From the NCBI RefSeq assembly GCF_048593235.1, contig NC_133619.1, forward strand, positions 436,755,644-436,819,643: DNA of 64,000 nt. The letters are read 5' to 3'. Within the stretch, counting starts at the first letter, position 1; each line of letters starts with the position of its first letter. The position numbers were made by a program, and so were the translations under genes. Positions 59,981 through 64,000 of this stretch are shown here, piece after piece. The notes beneath the pieces are model-generated. The model had not been told where the DNA came from and did no database searches. It saw nothing but the letters and a program-made list of their open reading frames with translations. The DNA comes from Sminthopsis crassicaudata (Eukaryota).

Positions 59981-60479
59981 GAAAGGAGCCATTTTTTTAG
60001 TCTTTATACCCTCAAAGCTAGCACAGTTATTTCAATAATTGATTGCTATGTTAGATTAATCATATTTACGATTCTTTTATATACTCTTTTCCAAATCATA
60101 GTTTTCTTATTATCAAAGGTAAAATTTAAGAGTCTAACAAAAACCTGTTCAATATTAAATACAGGAATGAGGGAGGGCCTTACTTCATATAATCTATACT
60201 TCACTGACTTATGTGCATTTAAATAGGAGTAGATGATTTCTATTTGCTTTAAGACTCTTAAGATTGCAATTTTTTATGATTGGCATTTTTCTATCATTTT
60301 TGGTAAATTTATGCTAAATTCATTCTTGGTGGGAGGATGAGCAGTCTTCTCTTTGATTGTTGCCATATATGTTTTAGGGGGAAAAAAACTGGTTCTTGAA
60401 TGAATGAGGCTAGACTTTGTTGAGAGGATAATGTGATAAAGCATGTTTCTGGAAAGAATATTTCAAACACCAGAGCTTC

Positions 60480-61080
60480 ATATAAGCGATAAACAATGGG
60501 CCCTACTTTGCATTTGAGCTAATTTATCATATTCTCTGATTCATGGGGAGTCACTGCTGTGCTCTTGGAGTGTGCCAGGATTCATTATACATAATAGGCT
60601 GGTTAACATCCTGTAGACCTCCTGGAAGACTTGCTGAAGAGTTTTCAGGGCTAACACATGTGGAAGAAAATTTCTGTAAGGAAATTTTTCATTGCTTCCT
60701 CTTAGAATAATGGGAAATCTTGCCTGGAACATTTTAAAAGAGAGAAAAATAAATTCTTTATCTCTTTGTGCTCTTTGAATCCTTTTGTATAGATCAGTTT
60801 CATCCATAATTTGGGGATGTGGGTTCCCTTAATCTTTATTCTATGACCCTAATACCTTGCTTAGGTCTTTACAATGTGCTCACCTATCTGGAANNNNNNN
60901 NNNNNNNNNNNNNNNNNNNNNNNNNNNNNNNNNNNNNNNNNNNNNNNNNNNNNNNNNNNNNNNNNNNNNNNNNNNNNNNNNNNNNNNNNNNNNNNNNNNN
61001 NNNNNNNNNNNNNNNNNNNNNNNNNNNNNNNNNNNNGCTAGTTTTTCTGCTTTCCTCATACCATAGTTCTCTTTCCCACA
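60480..61080. promoter_or_regulatory. Putative conserved non-coding element (contains N-gap 60894-61036)
   Basis: Unique sequence; overlapping TAAACA/AACAATG at 60490-60498. Confidence 0.35.
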
Positions 61081-61239
61081 TATTCATCATTTATTTCTAG
61101 TTGACAATTATCATAAGATTCTTTGTGACCATTAGTATTATCTTATATAGTAAAATGACACCCAATTCAGAACTATTCAGTAATTATTCCTATTTTTATA
61201 AATTCCAGGTCAGGGTTAGCTAGTATTTCTTGTTATTCA

Positions 61240-61435
61240 ATCATGGCTAAACTCCATTTAAGATTTTCTTGGCAAAGACACTGGAGTGGTTTGCCATTTC
61301 CTTCTCCAACTCATTTTATAAATAAGGAAACTGAGGCAAACAGGGTTAAGTGGCTTTTCCAGGCCAATAAGTGTTAGCAACATGAGTTTTCCTGCTGCCA
61401 AGCACTCTGTCCATTGTGCTACCCAGCTGCTCTGT
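61240..61435 (-). mobile_element. MAR1 SINE
   Basis: ttcttggcaaagacactggagtggtttgccatttccttctcc...gaaactgaggcaaacaggg. Confidence 0.85.
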
Positions 61436-61789
61436 TAGCTAGTATGCTTTCCAAACATTACATGTAATACATTTGTTATTTGAATGTGTAGAGAAATTAT
61501 GCATAGTAAAAGTGCTGGATTTCCAATTATTAGAAGACCTGGTTCAAATTCCAGGTTTGTTACACCTGTATAAGGGACCTTGTACAAATGATTTAACTCT
61601 TTCTGCCTCTGTTCTTCATCTATAAAATTATAAGGCCAAATTAGAGTACTCCTGAAGTCTTTTTAATTCTAAATTAATGAATAATGAATTCATTAATGAA
61701 TGTTAATGAATTAACAAATCAATGAAATCTATGAATTACTATGGATATCACCACAAGATATTAATAGTTCTTTCAAAAAGTTGTCAGAA

Positions 61790-61905
61790 GTGGGACAGCT
61801 AGATGTCATAGTGGATAGATGTTTGGCCCTGGAGTCAAGGACCTGAGTTCAAATCAATGCTCAGACACTTAACATTTTTCAGCTGTGTAATTCTGGATAA
61901 GTCCT
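61790..61905 (+). mobile_element. WSINE1-like SINE
   Basis: gggacagctagatgtcatagtggatag...ctggagtcaaggacctgagttcaaatc. Confidence 0.7.
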
Positions 61906-62503
61906 CCCAAAAATAAATAAACAAAATATAAAATAAGTTGCCTGGAGTTTTTTTTCCCCTCTTTCTTCTCAGTCAATAATCAATCAACAAGGATTATTAA
62001 GTGCCAACTAGGCATCAGACATTGTATTAGGTACTTGGATTAAAATTAAAAAGTCAAACAGTCTTTACTCTCCAGTTCATATGTGCATACAAAAATACAT
62101 ACAGAACAAAAATATACACAATGAGTAAATATGTAATAAATCTTTCTCATCCTTCAAGACCTAACTCAAATCCTACTCTTTCCATGTAAGCATGAAATGT
62201 TCCCCAACTATTCAGATTTTTATTGAATTTTCATAACTATGATCTCCTAGAACAAAGTTTTTTAAACTGTAGGTCACAACCCTATATGAGGTCACCTAAG
62301 TGATTGTGGGAGTCATAAAAAAATTTGACAAAAGGTTTCTGAATGCAACAACTAAAAATTAATTCAAAATTAAATGTGTAATAAGTCCAAGGTATTTCCA
62401 ACAGTACTTGTCCCTGTTGCATCATGAGACTTCACTCATTTAGCATCCAATCATCACTCCATCAGCATTCAATCAAAACTTGCTGAATTGAAGTTCATAT
62501 CCT

Positions 62504-62569
62504 TGGCCCAATTGTTTAGAGTGTGATGCTGATAACATCAAGGTCTTGGGTTCAGTACCCATACTGAGC
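62504..62569 (+). pseudogene. tRNA-Ile(AAT)-derived relic or SINE head
   Basis: Colinear with vertebrate tRNA-Ile, with CpG-type transitions and a mutated anticodon region; not functional. Confidence 0.6.
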
Positions 62570-62585
62570 AGAGCTGTGTCTTTTT

Positions 62586-62792
62586 AGGCAGCTAGGTGGT
62601 TCGGTGGATAAGGCCTGAGCCTGGAATCAGGAATACCTGAGTTCTGATCCTAAGCAAATCACTTAGCATCTGTTTACCTTAATCCACTGGAGAAGGAAAT
62701 GACAAGCCACTCTAATAACTTTGCCCAGAAAACTTCATGGATAGTGTGATCCACTAGGTCATAGAAAGTCAGACATGAGTGATCAACAACAA
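62586..62792 (+). mobile_element. MAR1-type SINE
   Basis: aggcagctaggtgg...ccactggagaaggaaatgacaagccactc...caacaacaaa. Confidence 0.8.
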
Positions 62793-64000
62793 AGTTTTTG
62801 GGTCTGTGCTTCTCCTGCCCTATCTTACTTAACACCTCTTTATAGCAATACAACTCTCCATCCAGCATTTACCAAGATTAGTCTAGTCCTAGAGGATCTG
62901 CAGCTCAGCTGCCAAAACAAGATTATGCCTTTCTTTTTCATATATAGCAAAATAATTTTTTTTCTTAAATTGACTGCATTATATCCTGATTCTGTTAAGC
63001 ATGGTATATAATTCCCAGAAGGTGAAAACAGCATTATATCCTCTATTTGTTCTGCTGCTCTCATAAATGAATGACTTCTGTCTTATTTCCTCTGTCCAGT
63101 AAGCCGCTTTTAAACTCTTGATGCCTCTCTTTAAGTTAATAGACTGTTGTATAGAATTTTCCGCTAAAAATCATAATACATGATTCTGCATATTTCTTGA
63201 TATTATGAATTTTTGACACAATGCAGAAAAAAGACTGTAAAATTACCCCAAAGAGTTATTACTGACATGCAACTATTTGACCATTGACTCACATATGGCT
63301 TCTCCTGTGAAAACACCATTTCTGGTTCCTTCAAGGTCATGCATAAAGTTGAAGGAATGCCCTCTACAAGAACATATTAATCAGGGAACTCTGAGCCTGC
63401 AGCTCTCATCGTTTGCTTCACATCAGTATAGTTACATCATCATTATTGTTCATATTCATTATTGTTCATATTCAAATCTTTGGCATCTGGAAAACATTTA
63501 TTTTTCTTGCTTGTGCTTTTAGTCTTTCTTCACAATTTTTTCTCCTTGTCTTTTTCCCATTTACTTCTTTCCTTTCTCTAGCTTTAGAATATTACTCTTC
63601 TTCCATGTGGAATCATAAATTGCCTTTCATTCCCTTCTACAGATGAGGAAATTGGGAAAAGGAAAAAATACTTTCCTAAGATCCCTCAAATGGAAGAACC
63701 AGAACTCAAGCCTGGGTTCTTTTACTCCACATGCAATTCTTGACTATACTAAACTGCCATTTCCCAGCAGACTAGCAAGACCTTAAATATTTTGTGAATG
63801 GAACACATGTAGCACATGTTCCTTTTGATAGGGAAATACTTCCTCTGTTTCATTAGATGGTATCCTTGACATAATTCCTTGCCAAAAACTTAAGAGCCTA
63901 TTTTCTTTGGCTCTCTGTATTCCCTTTTCCTGTCTCATTCCCATACTGGGTGGAGAAGAACTTACTTCCACAATGGATTTTCTCATGGCAGCAACTTACC

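Larger units (their letters stand above)
1776..61036. other. Eleven N-gaps: 1776-1963, 2824-3115, 3752-3907, 13171-13851, 14234-14402, 17496-17623, 23925-24056, 33701-33828, 35081-35211, 46449-46644, 60894-61036
   Basis: Direct reading. The flanks are not AG/GT or AC/CT pairs, so the gaps are not exactly masked exons. Confidence 0.98.

Noticed and set aside
1693-61100. Long ORFs containing runs of X (for example 2713-3564, 12908-13903, 46384-46833)
   Set aside because: They are artefacts of N-gaps, which contain no stop codons.
61675-61740. Array of TAATGAAT words resembling POU sites
   Set aside because: It lies at a MIR tail, where ATGAAT/CTATGA-type repeats expand by slippage.
1-64000. 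Non-retroviral endogenous viral elements, CRISPR arrays, functional tRNA/rRNA, Rsx-like tandem repeat
   Set aside because: No supporting ORF homology or periodic structure was seen; a TBLASTN against viral proteins would be needed to exclude highly decayed copies.

Overview
This is AT-rich, strongly CpG-depleted mammalian non-coding DNA. The repeat content points to a marsupial, most likely an Australian dasyurid: WSINE1- and MAR1-type SINEs, RTE-derived SINEs and marsupial L1 3' ends, plus ancient MIR, L2 and L3. Family names are recalled from memory, not from a database search, and most repeat boundaries are approximate. I see no intact host protein-coding exon, rRNA, tRNA or CRISPR array. 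Nearly all ORFs in the track come from microsatellites, N-gaps or repeat UTRs. The only real protein homology is a decayed betaretrovirus-like (class II ERV) pol at about 10.5-12.1 kb and a short L1 ORF2 C-terminus at 9.1-9.3 kb. The ERV lacks its 5' LTR, gag and pro, has no env, appears to carry an internal pol deletion, and ends in a PPT plus a 424-bp 3' LTR. A separate 369-bp solo LTR with a perfect 6-bp TSD lies about 0.8 kb upstream. Between the repeats are several unique blocks rich in homeodomain, TALE, POU, FOX and SOX motifs that look like conserved non-coding elements, including a CpG-retaining promoter- or enhancer-like island at 1.3-2.5 kb. This suggests an intron or gene desert of a developmental gene that I cannot name. 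Six of the 11 N-gaps fall inside these unique blocks. I cannot claim a new biological system. The best leads are the env-less ERV with a candidate RNA-export region, the gap pattern in the CNE-like blocks, and a duplicated SINE/L1 junction at 57-59 kb.
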